Assembly (NCBI GenBank): GCA_045863395.1
Contig: BTVJ01000096.1
Coordinates: 1 to 27,605 of the forward strand
Source of the DNA: Myxococcales bacterium
GTDB lineage: Bacteria > Myxococcota_A > UBA9042 > JABWCM01 > BTVJ01
Direction of reading: 5' to 3'
Length of the DNA stretch: 27,605 bases
The notes under the pieces were generated by a model. It searched no databases. It was given only the letters and a program-made list of their open reading frames with translations, and had not been told where the DNA came from. The position numbers and the translations under genes are program-made. Positions 27,605 through 27,605 of the stretch are shown here, one piece after another. Each line of letters starts with the position of its first letter. Positions within the stretch are counted from its first letter, which is position 1.

Positions 27605-27605
27605 C
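27539..27605. repeat. 12-bp perfect tandem repeat (CCTCCGCGGTCG), more than 5 copies, running off the window end
   Basis: Units start at 27541, 27553, 27565, 27577, 27589 and 27601 (partial); encodes (EATA)n on the minus strand. Confidence 0.95.

Noticed and set aside
27539..27605. CRISPR array
   Set aside because: Head-to-tail 12-bp units with no spacers, in frame within a CDS, and no cas genes

Overview
Very GC-rich, gene-dense bacterial window whose gene content and protein style suggest Myxococcota or related Deltaproteobacteria (inference). From left to right it holds the 3' end of a CDS, a ~160-bp MITE-like inverted-repeat element, rarD, a monoheme and a diheme cytochrome c, a structured leader and a complete translationally coupled mrpABCDEFG Na+/H+ antiporter operon. 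Next come a RimJ/RimL GNAT, a membrane PAS-PAS hybrid histidine kinase, a CapK/PaaK-like ligase converging on a GT4 glycosyltransferase, a YktB/DUF1054-like protein with a C-terminal KOW motif, and an MdlAB-like heterodimeric ABC exporter divergent from a HelD-like SF1 ATPase. The right end has a phytoene-desaturase-fold protein with a degenerate FAD motif, a protein with three PH/GRAM-like domains plus YcgR/PilZ, a TolC-MlaC gene pair, and a truncated Ala/Pro-rich TPR-like CDS containing a 12-bp tandem repeat. The best leads are a candidate cation-sensing (nhaA-I-like) riboswitch variant ahead of mrpA, the 3xPH/GRAM-PilZ architecture, the MITE-like hairpin, the YktB-KOW fusion, HelD in an apparently Gram-negative genome, and the orphan TolC-MlaC pair. 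All calls come from motif recognition by eye; no searches were run.
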